From contig OX597814.1 of the NCBI GenBank assembly GCA_951406725.2, forward strand, positions 3,348,001-3,412,000: a stretch of 64,000 nucleotides of DNA, written 5' to 3'. How positions within the stretch are numbered: position 1 is the stretch's first letter; the number at the start of each line of letters is the position of its first letter. Shown piece by piece: positions 12,729 to 28,477 of the stretch. Under the pieces are notes generated by a model. The model did no database searches. It was not told the DNA's origin and saw only the letters and a program-made list of their open reading frames with translations. This stretch comes from Octopus vulgaris. Taxonomy: Eukaryota. The translations under genes were made by a program, and so were the position numbers.

Positions 12729-13724
12729 TAAGAATTACGATGTGAAGATCGCAAACTGCAGGCATGTGGATCGCTTCAGCAGGCGAACACACGAACACAG
12801 GAATGTTCAGCTGCAGAAAGCAGGCGCTCACACCCACCTACCTACGTATATATACTCATGCGCGCTCAAACAAGCACGCACTACACACCTGCAAGTATTA
12901 CACAGTGACACACACATATACACACGTGCATACATATATATATATAAAAGCTACTAGGACTACCACATCCCCCATTACTTCTCCAACATGAAGTAGAAGG
13001 GGTAAGAATTTGATGGGTTTTGTGATATAAATATATATGTATATAAGGACCAGTTTCACAACATCATTGTGGGATAGCTTACTGTTAGTGTTTGTCGTTG
13101 TTTGTTCCCAGACCAGACATCGTCCAGCATCCCTAGGACCAAAGGTACTCCAGCGGTAACCATTTATACTATAGTGTCCTTTTGTGAGAGAATGGAAGTG
13201 TGAAGTGAGGAGGATTTGGCTGTTATTTCTCGAATTTCGTGCAACCAACCAGAGCCGGAATACTCAACCATTTTTCAGAGGTAGACTGCATGTGACATGG
13301 GTCATCATCAAGCGGGACATACTACAAAACAAATTTCACGGTAATTTCCTCATTAGGCCTAACAATCAGAAAATCTCACGCGGGTCACAGCTTGCCCATG
13401 ATTGCATAAGGGTCCCAGGTTCTTTGGTGTATGAGCGGGGGTTCCGAGAAGACCAACAGCCTGAACTGAAAGCGGTTGAGTCGACGAAATCCATATGGTT
13501 CCCCTAAGAAAAGTCACCCCCTACTTGTTAAGGGAGCAGTTAATGAGGGATGTGGGAATGATATAGACATAAGCGACCAGTATTTAAGGAGCAGGGAATT
13601 GTTAAGGGAGAAGACAGAATGGGCCATTGGTAATACCAGCTATATATTGGTTATGAAAGATCGTTTACAATTTCATAAAACAGACTTAGAATAATGATAA
13701 CTCCCTCAAATTACTTCTTGCCAA

Positions 13725-13780
13725 CTTCAAAAAGGAAGGACAGAGTGGGTGCTGTGTTTCTTGATATTCGAAGAAAAAAG
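13725..13780 (+). mobile_element. Possible LINE reverse-transcriptase scrap
   Basis: Translates KRKDRVGAVFLDIRRK, similar to the RT motif AVFLDIxKAFD. The match is very short. Confidence 0.3.
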
Positions 13781-14861
13781 GTTGATGAAGACGGAAATGA
13801 AGAAAGGTATATTTAAGTTTTTGTGTGTGCATGGGTGTATATATGTATGCATGTATACGTATATTGATACATGCATATATAAATGTAGGTGTGTATTTTA
13901 AAATGTATTCATGTGCACATGCAGACATGAATAAAGACGTGGTTTGTCTTGCATATGCAGATCATATTACATGCTAAACTTCATGAATGTCTTATATATT
14001 TTAATTGTGCCTTTTACAGATTGTAGCCGCAACGTTCTAATTTAAGCGTGTGTTTTTTTTTTTTATGACCCCCAACTTGTACAAATTAGTTCTGAGGCAG
14101 TTTGTTTGGTAGCCATTTATTACAATAATTATTAGCAGAAATCCAAAGTTCTAGACTGGATGGAATATCTGCAGATTTCTCTTCAGTTCAGCTGAGATGT
14201 TTTATTATATCTCATTAACATTTAACAGTGTGCTAACACATAACGGGCAACGGTATCTATATTCCTTCAATGCTGGTCACTCATACATATACACACACAT
14301 GTGTGTGTGCTTGTACATCATAAGGAGCTGGAAACTTAAAACGCTTTTCTGATTTAAGCTTCATGTTCCTCCTTACCAGGAACCAACGACCCCACTGGGC
14401 TTCCGCACAGTTTCCGTCTACCAAATTATAGCCTTAAAATACTCTTGAACACTTGCCCAAAGAAAAGCGCTCCACGATTGAACTCGAAACTGCGCACCTA
14501 CGAAGTGAACATCATTACCACTGAACAACACTTGCATCTAGGCATGACTACGTTATATACACATACACATACACACACACATATATATATGTATATATAT
14601 ATATAGAGAGAGAGAGATTATATATATATATATATATATCTGGTGTGTGAAATAATGGGTATGGATTAGTGCATCAAAGCGAATAGCATACGAGCATATA
14701 CATACACTCATGTACATGCACACATACGTATGTATGAACATGGATATGTGTCAGCAACCTATATTCACATAACATCCATGTCAACATAATACAAGATGAG
14801 AGGATGTATATAAATGGAATGTATAAATCTGAGAAAGCAATAGAGATCGATCGATCGATAG

Positions 14862-14932
<71 letters not shown>

Positions 14933-14950
14933 GAGAGAGATAGATAGATA
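14862..14950. repeat. (GATA)n microsatellite; others at ~32978-33150, 34180-34256, 35610-35725, 40576-40645, 49805-49865 (opposite strand), 59005-59190
   Basis: Direct reading. Confidence 0.95.
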
Positions 14951-15259
14951 ATCAATCTGATTGATCGGTAGTTGGCTTCATTGATTGTACTCTGGATTGA
15001 TTAATTCATTGATTCTCTGCTCCATTGATTGATTGATCAGGAGATCGATAACCTGATAACCACGAGACAATTGCTAAACATAGTTGAATGTATGGACGTC
15101 AAGTGCGGCTTGTCCACAATGACACTGGACATCGTGGTCAAGTGGAATCAGCAGCGATAGAGTAGCCGCAGACACATACGGGTACAAGGGTAGATTGATA
15201 CATATCATGAGGATGAGATTACAGCAGATCAGCGAGTATAACACACACACACAAACGTA

Positions 15260-15290
<31 letters not shown>

Positions 15291-15347
15291 TATATATCTT
15301 ACAGCTATGATGTGTGTGTCTGTGTGTGTGCGTGTATGTATGTATCA

Positions 15348-15388
<41 letters not shown>

Positions 15389-15534
15389 CACACACATATA
15401 TATATATATATATTTACCTATATATATATATATACACATACACACACACGCTCAATATTACACTATTTTCTATAGCCAATATATGCAGTTAAAACTCACA
15501 TTTACGAAAAAATATATCAATAAGGAATGATGTT

Positions 15535-15757
15535 TATTTCTTTATTGCCCACAGGGGGCTAAACACAGAGGGGACAAACAAGGGCAGACAAAGGGTTTAA
15601 GTCGATTACATCGACCCCAGTGCGTAACTGGTACGTATTTAATCGACACTCACCTCCCCAACCACCACCACCGAAATGATGAAAGGCAAAATCTTCCTTG
15701 GCGGAGTTTGAACTCAGAACGAAACGGCAGACGAAATACCTATTTCTTTACTACCCA
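15535..15757 (-). mobile_element. SINE family B copy with head-to-tail junction
   Basis: Full 3' part and core. After gacgaaatacc the element end tatttctttactaccca restarts (15741-15757). Confidence 0.85.
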
Positions 15758-15935
15758 TGGGTCTTGAGAGTTTTGCAACTCGTGGCTTGAAGAGAAACAC
15801 GAAATTCCATGCAAGAAACTTACAAATGCTTCATTTCCAGTCCTTCTTAACACTGAATAACTTGGATATAGAGAGTGAGGAATAACCGGAGTACAAGAGT
15901 CAGAAAATATACGGAACCAGAAGGAATGGATAGAA

Positions 15936-16198
15936 CAGGGATTCTCAAACACTTTTGGGGGGGTATTTTAGACCCATTTTGATTCCTATTTTATTCTACT
16001 GGACCCTAGAAGCAATTCGTTGTGCATGAAAAAATTTCTGTTGTATTTTGTAAGTTAAATATAATTATGAATTGTATAAAATGTTAACGAAATATTTTTG
16101 TGAATTGTTGGAATATAACCAATTCATTTCACATAAATTTTAACAAATCTAATACGGACCCCACCAAGGGTCATGTGAACCCCAGTTGTGAACCAATG
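15936..16198. mobile_element. hAT (Charlie-type) MITE, decayed
   Basis: Ends cagggattctcaa and ttgtgaaccaatg resemble CAGTGGTTCTCAA TIRs. Flanking 8-mers ggatagaa (15928-15935) and gggtagag (16199-16206) match 6/8. Subterminal ggaccc motifs are present. Confidence 0.7.
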
Positions 16199-16363
16199 GG
16201 GTAGAGTTGTAATACTTTGTTTCAAGCAGAAGGTACAAATGATGAACCCTAAGAACATATATTTATTTCTTAATTATCTTGATTATGGTCAACTTTTCTG
16301 CCAATTTCTTTATACAGAATGAGACAATGAACTATATCAAAACATTTTCTGCGCATCAAGTAT

Positions 16364-16423
16364 AGTCGCAGGAGTGGCTGTGTGGTAAGTAGCTTGCTAA
16401 CCAACCACATGGTTCCGGGTTCA
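16364..16423 (+). mobile_element. SINE family A tRNA-like head only
   Basis: gtcgcaggagtggctgtgtggtaagtagcttgctaaccaaccacatggttccgggttcag. Confidence 0.85.
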
Positions 16424-16665
16424 GAAGTCCTGGACTGGTAAGCAAAGAATTTTGCTATTAAAATCCGTAGATATCTCCAAAGAAGGGGCCATCCTAAATG
16501 TCTATTTTCAGTACAGAAATGCAAACAGTTGGAACTGCAAGATGTTAAACGTCAAGGAAGAAGGTTTCTCAAATTTCTTCCTCGAAATATAACGGGAATA
16601 TGTGGAGTGGAGGTTACACCCGTTTAAAAGTGGCCTAAAGAAATTGGAGTGCGCATTCCTTGATG
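16424..16665 (+). mobile_element. Possible BEL/Pao LTR-retrotransposon integrase relic
   Basis: Translates EVLDW*AKNFAIKIRRYLQRRGHPKCLFS, then after a frameshift WRLHPFKSGLKKL. Compare the Pao pattern ELVxDLSTxxFLxALRRFxxRRGxPxxIxSD...WERLVxxVKxxLKK. Confidence 0.4.
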
Positions 16666-16968
16666 TGGTAAGATGGACCTAAGTCAACGGTGGCTATCAG
16701 AAATGTGATTATTCAGGAAATATTCAGTGCGACGTTGCAGTACCTGTGACCACGACCCTTCAGGATAACAACTTCAGCAAGAACAACAAAAAAAGAAACC
16801 TCACACACACAAACGTGTATGTATGCATGTATAAATACATACACATCAAATATACATACACTGACTATATATATATACATATATATATATATCCTTTAAG
16901 TTCGTTTACGGGGGAAAATGTTGAATAATATTATTACAATACATATGTACATCTACATCTACACACAC

Positions 16969-17042
<74 letters not shown>

Positions 17043-17244
17043 GAGAGAGAGAAAGAGATAGATAGATAGATAGATACTTTATATACGTTACACCCACGTA
17101 CAGAATAATACATACGCGCTAGCATATATACGTATAGATGTAAATATATATATGTAACCATGCATGTGTGTGTGTATATATGTATATATATATATAGATA
17201 CACACACACATATATACATATATATATAGACATATATACATGTA

Positions 17245-17310
<66 letters not shown>

Positions 17311-17544
17311 TTAGAGGGGAGAAGGACAACAAAAAGCAAGGCAGGACGAGCATCTCAAGTCATTTAGAATGTTTAATTAGAGTAAGGTAAATTACTGAAG
17401 TAACTAATTAATTAATTAAACAATTAGTAATCCCCGGCTCCAGCCTCAGCCGTGAACCTGGAACCTAACGGATGACCAATTATAGCTCTTACGCAGCGTA
17501 CCTATTCGTTTAGATCGCCAGTGAACTAACCCACCCCCCATATT

Positions 17545-17594
<50 letters not shown>

Positions 17595-17655
17595 GTATAT
17601 ATATATATATATACATATATACGTATATATATGTGTGTATATATACATATACATA

Positions 17656-17779
<124 letters not shown>

Positions 17780-18142
17780 CACACGTATGCGTGTGTTCGC
17801 GCTCGTACATATGAATGTGTCCAGGAGTTTGCTGATTTACCGAGAAACCAGTATCTACGTTTTCACGCATAAAGATATAAAAAGATCGCATTTTTACCGC
17901 CTGACATGACCACCACCACCACCACCATCACCTCCACTACTACTACTACTACTACTTATATTAGTTGTTGTTGTTGTTGTTGTTGTTGTTGTTAATCAAC
18001 GTCCCCCATCACCCAGTGCTAAGTGGTTTATCACAAGAAAATATTAACAAAATATTAACAACTCATTTCATTCATGAAATAATCGCAACGTTGAGACATA
18101 AAAATAATAACACGAAAATACACACACACACACACACACACG

Positions 18143-18179
<37 letters not shown>

Positions 18180-19170
18180 ATACACAGAGCGAGTGAGAGA
18201 AACAGAGAGAGAGAGAGAGAGAGAGAAATGGAAGCATAAACGCATACAAGTGTTTCGTAACCTACCCTAGGCATACGTATATTTATTCAAATTTAGATGT
18301 GTAAGCTTGTGTGTGTGTATCTCCAAAGTTGTATATATGTGAGTGTGTGTCTAGACACACAAACACACACACACACATACACACACATATACACACATAT
18401 ATATATATATCTATATATATACGTATACATAAATGTGCATGTGCGTTGTACAGACACGCATACTCACACAAATGCAAATATATGTATAGATATGTTTGTA
18501 CGTGAGAGAGAGAGAGAAAGAAAGAAAGAGAGAGGAATAATTATATGTATGATTATATATTAGATAAACGGATATTATTGCAGAACCATGACTAAGCTAC
18601 TTAAGAAATAGAATCGGTGGAAATTCGAGGAGAGTTTTCACTCGACGGGTGGTTCCGATGAAAATAAAACCTCTTTAAAAATCCGTCTTTATTCCCCGTC
18701 GAAGGAAACCTGTACTTGCAGGAAACTTCAAGTCGTACAAAACTAGTAATATTCAAGTACAGTATTATCTATAATCATTCTGACAATAGAGCTGTGTACT
18801 CTGAGTTATGATTGAAATAGAGTACAAAATGGTTCCTACAAATTATCGGTCATTTATCGGGGTAGATCCTAAGCCACGCCCCTCGTAAACTAGTCGTCCC
18901 TGGGCCTAAGTTAAACAGCTATTAATATCATTTATATTGTGGCTGTCGTTGTTATGCTTATAAATCTATGTCTGCGTGGGTATATGTACCTTTAAGTATG
19001 TATATAAAAATATATACGCTTACATATTTTTATATAATTTTGTGCGGGCATAAGTATAGAAAACATAAATATGTATATATAAAGGTAGATAAATATATAA
19101 TTATATATAGATGTACATATATATGAATATATATGTATGTGTATATATGAACATGTATGTATATATATAT

Positions 19171-19205
<35 letters not shown>

Positions 19206-19225
19206 GAACATGTATGTATATGTAT

Positions 19226-19271
<46 letters not shown>

Positions 19272-20005
19272 CGGGGTGGTGTCATTTGAAGGCTAAAACA
19301 ATGCAAAGCGCATTGTGACTATATATATAATATATCACTATATCACATATATATATATATATAGATTAATATATAAGATTAATACGCATGCGTTTATGTT
19401 TTCAAACATACATATAAAACCACAAGAAATATTTTGTGATTAATTATACGTTGTTACGGAGAATGATAAATTGCAAATGCGAATTAAAAATTAATTCAAA
19501 CTCTTCGCTTGAGACGGATAAGTTTACGGTGTATTTTTCTTCTTTCTAAGAATAAACGTGATGCTCTAAGCTGTTATTTGAAATATATGTATCGAAATAT
19601 ATTCATTCATACAACTCCTTCTGATATATTTTAACAAGTAGATGTATTTACATATATATGAGTACGTACTTATTTGTAAAACTAAATATACATAATTGTA
19701 TATAAGTATACAATTATTACACACACACACACACACACAAACACACGCGCATACACATACATACATATAGAGAGCAGTTACATGTATAAACATTTATACG
19801 CATGTGCATGAGTATATATCTTCAAACATACATATAATATCATACGTGTATATATGTATATATGTAAATAATATATACATACATATATATACAAATAGAT
19901 AAATATATACATACATATATATATATATATACACAAATATATATGTATATACAAATATATAAATATATACATACAAATAGATAAATATATATACATATAT
20001 ATATA

Positions 20006-20040
<35 letters not shown>

Positions 20041-20075
20041 TATATAATAAATATTTATAAATATATAAATAATCT

Positions 20076-20191
<116 letters not shown>

Positions 20192-20424
20192 GTATCTGTA
20201 TACATATATATGCGTGTGTGTGTATGTATCTACACATAGTACACACATATATTATCGGCAAGCCCCTATCCCGTAACAGTTCAGGCCTTTTGCTCGCAGT
20301 AGAAATATAATATATATATATATATTCACATATACGTTATGAATTCTGCATTTCCTTTATTTGTGTGTTTGTGTGTGTGTAGACAGATACATACCTTATA
20401 TATTTTAATAAAATGTAATTGTAG

Positions 20425-20471
<47 letters not shown>

Positions 20472-20830
20472 TCTATACACTCGCACATATACAGGCATAA
20501 ATACACCCACGTTTTAACGTCCATTGTGTATCGTGTGTATATATATCCTCACATTTCGGGATATACACATATATGAGCAAAGTTATGAATGATTGTATAC
20601 AAATGCGGAGAAAGTTTTGCTGTATTATATAATTGAGTCTAACCACTTCAGATAATGACCACCAACCTACCAGACACACACACACACACACCCCTACTCG
20701 AACCCGTACACCGCCACGTAGAGATCTCAGCAGCATATAGGATGAAGCCACAGGCGTATAAGTCTCCCGCTGTGTTTTCTATTATTCACAACTCGTTTCG
20801 ACACACCGTCCTATTCAACTCTTATCTCAC

Positions 20831-20870
<40 letters not shown>

Positions 20871-20980
20871 GTCTTACCGCGTGTTGTATGAATTGGTGTG
20901 TGTATGTATAGATTTATACATATATATATATACATAACATACAGAGACTAGCACTTAACATATGTGTATTTGGGAAAATA

Positions 20981-21022
<42 letters not shown>

Positions 21023-21149
21023 AATATATGAGTGTGTGTGTGTGTCTCTCTCTCTATATATATATGTGTGTTTGTACATATATATATATATATACACACA
21101 CACTCATATATACCCTAGTGTCTATATATAAATATATATATATATATAT

Positions 21150-21181
<32 letters not shown>

Positions 21182-21236
21182 TGAATGTGTATATATTAAT
21201 CAGGTATAAATATTCAAAAGTGAATATTTATATAGA

Positions 21237-21269
<33 letters not shown>

Positions 21270-21298
21270 AGGAAATTATTATTATTAGTATTATTAAT

Positions 21299-21330
<32 letters not shown>

Positions 21331-21554
21331 CATCATTATCTGCGGTAAATATAAATAGCTGATAATAACAACAATAATATAGGTGGTTGCAGGCCCCAAT
21401 TAGTATTAGATGACTATAGAATTAAAATTTATATATATTCGCCTGCTTACAATTATTCTTTTTTTTAATTTTAATTTTCAGTGTTATTGATGGTTTAACT
21501 GAGGGTTTTATTTTCTCTTTCTAACAGGTAGGCGCAATGTCTGCCTTTATGATA

Positions 21555-21629
<75 letters not shown>

Positions 21630-21643
21630 GCACATACACATGC

Positions 21644-21676
<33 letters not shown>

Positions 21677-21953
21677 ATGTTTGACTGTGAAACAATTAAT
21701 CAGAGTGATTAATATATACTTTAGTTTGTATGTATATATTATACACACAAACAATATGCATATAAATATGTTTACAAACACACACACGGGCTGATGTCAC
21801 GAAGGTTTTCCAGGATATACTCTGAGCTTATTCCATGACAACTTCATGCTAAACTGAATGTAGGCTCTATTGAGCACTCTACATTCTACCTGTAGAGGCA
21901 TCTAGATTCGTGTCTGTACCTGTGTGTGTTTATGTCTGTGTATCTGGGTGCAT

Positions 21954-21995
<42 letters not shown>

Positions 21996-22187
21996 GTATG
22001 AATATTTACATGTATATGTGCATATTTATATATATGCAATATAAATACATATGTGCATTAAGATGTGCGTACATATACCTATATACATTTATATATACAA
22101 ATACATACATATACATACATATATATATATATATACACTGAATATATATATATATTTATATATATATATGTATGTATGTATATATAC

Positions 22188-22373
<186 letters not shown>

Positions 22374-23041
22374 TATTAATGTGTGCATATGCTATACATG
22401 TGTATGTATATAGCCATGCACGCACTTGTTTGGCTCAAGAGATGTGCGTGTCTGTATGTGTTAAATTTTACCTGCTTAAAATAACATAACGATGCTAGAC
22501 ACGTTAAGCGTCTTACCTTTACACGGCTACCCCACTTCACACACACACACACACTCGCACACAGTCGTATTGCTTTTCGGTAAGATCCACCGCCTGTACC
22601 TCAGCAACACACCAAAAAGGTAGCCCAGGTGAGAAACAGGTATGTTTGCAAGATCGTTTTGCAGTTGGGGTAGATCAATTGACGGGTATTGATAGCTTCT
22701 GAAGCGGGTAGAATATCAACAAGATTCATTCTAGCGCGATATCGACAAGGGTATGGTGTTTGCAGATCATAGGTCTTAACTTACAAACACTTTCGTCAGT
22801 TTGAGTGGGGGCGGCGGATTTCGTGTCAAGAGTAAAAGCTGGTCGAGCGACATTTTTCAAAGCTGGTGTGTGTTTGGGGTGGGAGGTATGTGTGCACTTT
22901 CACGCACACACACATACACATACACACACACACGGTGTTCTATACGGATCCATACGTGAACATATATTAAGAGACATATCTATACATGATGGATCAAATA
23001 ACGTTTCCCGTGAATTAACATATATAAAAGTATACATATAT

Positions 23042-23082
<41 letters not shown>

Positions 23083-23191
23083 CATATTCGATTCGATTCG
23101 TTTCGTTTCATTTCTTCTTCTTCTCTAAGCTGGTTTTTACATATATATATATATATATATATACACATACATATGTGAGTGTATGTATAAA

Positions 23192-23227
<36 letters not shown>

Positions 23228-23758
23228 CATACATATGTGAGTGTGTGTGTGTGTATAACTTATACTGGTTTTGGCCATCATAAGTTCAGAAAATTTCAGT
23301 GGATTTTTCTTGGTCGCGGGTGAATCCCGCACATCCTCCAATTTCTTATATGCATTGTTGAGGTTTTGTACTTCAAGGGTTCGAACGCCGCTCCCCTATG
23401 TCCTACATTGCTGTTCCATGAATCATATTAACCACGTACATGGGACACACACACACACACACTCACACGCACAACATGGCTTTCAGAAAAGTGTGTATTT
23501 GTATGTACGAATGTATATGTATGTGCGAATCATTAATATTTTTAGATAGTTACACGTGTGTAAGTGTGTGTGTTTGTGCATGTGTGTGTGTGTGTGTAGA
23601 TAGGTATTCGACGTATATAACGATTCTTCCAAAAGTACATATATACTCACATACAGACATGTGCTTATTAAATGTGTGTGTGATTACGTCTATGTGCTTG
23701 CATGTAAAATTTGTACACACACACACATATATATGTATGTATGTATATATATATATAT

Positions 23759-23831
<73 letters not shown>

Positions 23832-23843
23832 GATATACATACC

Positions 23844-23927
<84 letters not shown>

Positions 23928-23960
23928 TATACATACATACATATATATATATATATAGAT

Positions 23961-24017
<57 letters not shown>

Positions 24018-24498
24018 CATATATGTATATATGTATATATACACACACACTCACACACTTACATGCTTGTAAATGTATGTATCTATTTGTATGTGTGTGC
24101 GTGTGTGTGTGCACCAGCGAAACAATAAACACGATTTGGAATTGATGCATTGATGCACACGAGTGCATTCCTTACTGTGCACCTGGTGTTGAGCGCAGAA
24201 CATAGAGATGTGCATCCATGCATTAGCAGCACTGCAATTAACGTTAGGTTATACAGCATAACCGGGGTCAAAATCTGTAGAAATAACAGAGAATTAATTG
24301 GCGCAGCATCGAGGAAAATAAACAGATCAGGTTGCAAGAATACAGGAGGCTGGAGCACCATGAAAATGCATACAAGCATATATATACATTGCATATATAT
24401 ATTATACACACACATATATATACACAGATATATATACAGATATGCTCATACATGAATGCATATAAATATATATATATTCATACATTCATAAATAAATA

Positions 24499-24530
<32 letters not shown>

Positions 24531-24568
24531 CATGGCCACAGCTCGTGAGCTGAAACTAGAATCAATCA
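24531..24568 (+). mobile_element. Isolated LINE-type 3' terminus (stem-loop plus short AATC repeat) embedded in (TA)n
   Basis: catggccaCAGCTCgtGAGCTGaaactagaatcaatca, homologous to the family-A tail catggccgCAGTCAaaTGACTGaaacaag. Confidence 0.7.
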
Positions 24569-24735
24569 TATATATATATATATATATATGCAACATTGCA
24601 TGTATAACCATATGAAGACATACATGTATGTATTTATGGAATGTATATGATTATTATATTAAAAGTAAACGTAACCAGGGATTGTAGAAATGTGTTTAAA
24701 CACTTATTTCGAACAAAGTTAATATTAATATATAT

Positions 24736-24823
<88 letters not shown>

Positions 24824-24889
24824 TTATACATACATATATATATATAAAATTGGGAAGGTCTATATATATATATATAAATATATACATAC

Positions 24890-25018
24890 ACGATATCTAC
24901 CAAATCCACTGACAAGGTTTTGGTCGACCCCACGCTACAGTAGAAGACACTTGCCCAAGGTGTCACGCGGTGAGACTGAACCCGGAACCATGTGGTTGGC
25001 AAGCACTCCTGCACCTAC
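24890..25018 (-). mobile_element. SINE family A 5' part
   Basis: tctaccaaatccactgacaagg...agaagacacttgcccaagg...ctgaacccggaaccatgtggttgg. Confidence 0.85.
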
Positions 25019-25112
25019 GTACATATATATATGTATATATGTATGTATATGTATATATATATTTTATCTATATCATTATATGATTCAACCTCCATTAACA
25101 AGTATATATATT

Positions 25113-25180
<68 letters not shown>

Positions 25181-25391
25181 CATTTATGAGAGTATATTTA
25201 TATACCGTACGTATCTATAGCAATATGTATCATATCTGCATACTTATCCAATACACGTATTAGATATATTTATATACATCAACATATAATCTAGAAACAC
25301 ACCTACAGACACACACTTTTTATCTCGTTTCAAGATGTAGGGTGTGTCCATACTATTTCTGAAACACATAAAACCGCTCTGTCACACTACA

Positions 25392-25431
<40 letters not shown>

Positions 25432-25441
25432 TGTATGTATG

Positions 25442-25479
<38 letters not shown>

Positions 25480-25489
25480 TGTATGTATG

Positions 25490-25534
<45 letters not shown>

Positions 25535-25552
25535 ATATGTATATACACACAG

Positions 25553-25583
<31 letters not shown>

Positions 25584-25673
25584 CATATATACACACACAA
25601 ACATATGTATGTATATATATGTATATATACATACACACACACATATATATATACATATATGTATGTATATATA

Positions 25674-25717
<44 letters not shown>

Positions 25718-25783
25718 TCCATTCGTATAAACATACTTATACATCATACGCGGATATGCATGCGTATATAACAGAGGCAGATA

Positions 25784-25834
<51 letters not shown>

Positions 25835-25889
25835 CAATAAAAATGGTATGAGGTGAAACAGCCTGCTGTTAACCTTCTTATTTTTTCTT

Positions 25890-25927
<38 letters not shown>

Positions 25928-25984
25928 GTATGTATGTATGTATATGTATATACACACATGGATTTGACAAGCTACGAGATTGAT

Positions 25985-26095
25985 GTATTGAGGAAAGTGG
26001 GAGTGATGGACTGCTGCAACATAAAAGTGTACATACACTGCGAAGAAATGTACAGGAACATTGTATATGGTATGCAGATTTGCAGAATCAGGCAA
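25985..26095 (+). mobile_element. Possible RTE-like RT scrap
   Basis: LRKVGVMD...EEMYRN resembles the RTE segment LRKxGVxE...MYxN that follows KAFD. Weak. Confidence 0.3.
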
Positions 26096-26213
26096 TACGT
26101 AATAAGTCTGGATCCACAGAGATAAGAGTCGCAAGACACACACACACACACACACAGATATATATATATTTCCTTTGTGTTTATCTATCTATCCATCTAG
26201 ATACATATGTGCT

Positions 26214-26265
<52 letters not shown>

Positions 26266-26473
26266 AGAGAGAGAGAGAGAGATACACATACAACTATGTG
26301 CGTGTGTGTCTCTGAGGGACTCGTATACACACATTACACTATATTTCAATGATATATAATAGTCTTAAAATATATATTGATAATGAATTTTTCAGAAAAA
26401 TAATATCATAGACATAGTTACATACACACATACGTACATCAGAATCTAATAATTACACATATAAATGTGTATA

Positions 26474-26517
<44 letters not shown>

Positions 26518-26550
26518 CACAGTCATAAGAATATATGTTTATGTATATAC

Positions 26551-26612
<62 letters not shown>

Positions 26613-26648
26613 GTATAAATATATATATATATATATATAATATATATG

Positions 26649-26679
<31 letters not shown>

Positions 26680-27261
26680 TATGTATGTGTATATATTTAT
26701 ACATATACACACACGCAATCATAAGTATATACGTGCATGTATTTTGATATATACAATCATAAGTATATATAAATATATATATATATAATTATATATAATG
26801 ATAATTATATATATGTACACATATATATATACTCACACACACACACGCACACTCACACACACACATATATATATTTACAGGGGAAAATAATTAACAATAT
26901 ACGTCGACGTTGATTAAAACAATTACATTTACAGCAACAACAACAACAACAATCCAGATTGCTTTATGCAAATTTATACTTAACACAGCGTTCAGGAGGA
27001 AGAATAAAAGAAAAATCTATTTTCCTTCCTCCCCCCCCTCCTCATCCTCCCCACCCCTCCCCCCATCGACAAATGTTTCTAATTGTAACAGCTGTGTTCA
27101 ATAAACTTTGTTATTAACATTTAAGACCAAAACTCTACAACTGTTGTTCTTCGTCGTCTTCTTGTTGTCATTGTTGGTGTTATTGTTTCTATTGCTATCA
27201 TATTTCTAATTAAAAAAAAAAAAGAAATCAATGCTGTTCATTTTATTTATTTTTATTACTC

Positions 27262-27262
27262 C

Positions 27263-27331
<69 letters not shown>

Positions 27332-27411
27332 CACCATCATCATTTTTACTGTTACTATTATTTCAATCCACCACGACTACAAATACGGTCATAATCATAC
27401 TTATGACTAGG

Positions 27412-27483
<72 letters not shown>

Positions 27484-27519
27484 GTAATAATAGTAATGAT
27501 AATAATAATAATAGTAATA

Positions 27520-27555
<36 letters not shown>

Positions 27556-28161
27556 GTAATAATAATAGTAGTAGTAGTAATAATAATAATATTAAAATAA
27601 TATTTTTTAATATATAATAACTATGATTTTTACCCCTTTTTTTTGCCCTAGTGGCCAACAAAGAAATTTTAATCATTATTATAATTATGTTAATTATTTC
27701 TATTATTGTTATATATATTATAGTGTGCATTATAATAGTCATTACTATTATTATTAATATTCTTATTATTATTACTATTATTATTATTATTATTATGATT
27801 ATTGTTGTTTTTGTTGTTGTTATTATTATTATTATCTTTATTATCATAGAGTCAAACAATACAGATGCCGGGCAAACAATTTAGCGACACATTCTCAAGC
27901 ATTGCCTATTTAAGTTGAAATGCCGCTGAATCGACTTTGCGTAACACTTTTGGGGGAGCGATAAAATAACGAGCAATCAAAATAAGAGCCCTTCCCCTTA
28001 AATATTACTGACCCTTCAAAAATTTGAAGCCAATATATATGTATGTATTATTATTACTATTATTATTATTATTATTATTGTTGTTGTTGTTGTTGTTGCT
28101 GTTATCATTATCATCATCATCATTATTATCCTCATTGTTATTATCCTCATTGTTATTATTA

Positions 28162-28231
<70 letters not shown>

Positions 28232-28418
28232 CATTGAGTGAGAGAGCAGTTCATGCCCTCAAAGTGACACTGGGGTACAAATATACGAAGCCCAATATAC
28301 CCATCATGACTACCCGTCTGATAAGGGTACACCAGGCTCATGCATCACAACCATAATGTGCGCGACATGGTGATCTCATATCAAGATAAACAGCGCATGA
28401 CCTTGCAGGTGGGGCCCA

Positions 28419-28477
<59 letters not shown>

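Noticed and set aside
13184-13694. Two non-microsatellite ORFs (107 and 72 aa)
   Set aside because: No recognisable domain. They overlap an old repeat and probably decayed transposon DNA.
22510-22650. Splice-donor-like motifs (cag|gtgaga, cag|gtatgt, minus-strand aag|gtaaga)
   Set aside because: They cannot be paired with an acceptor and a meaningful reading frame, and are expected by chance.
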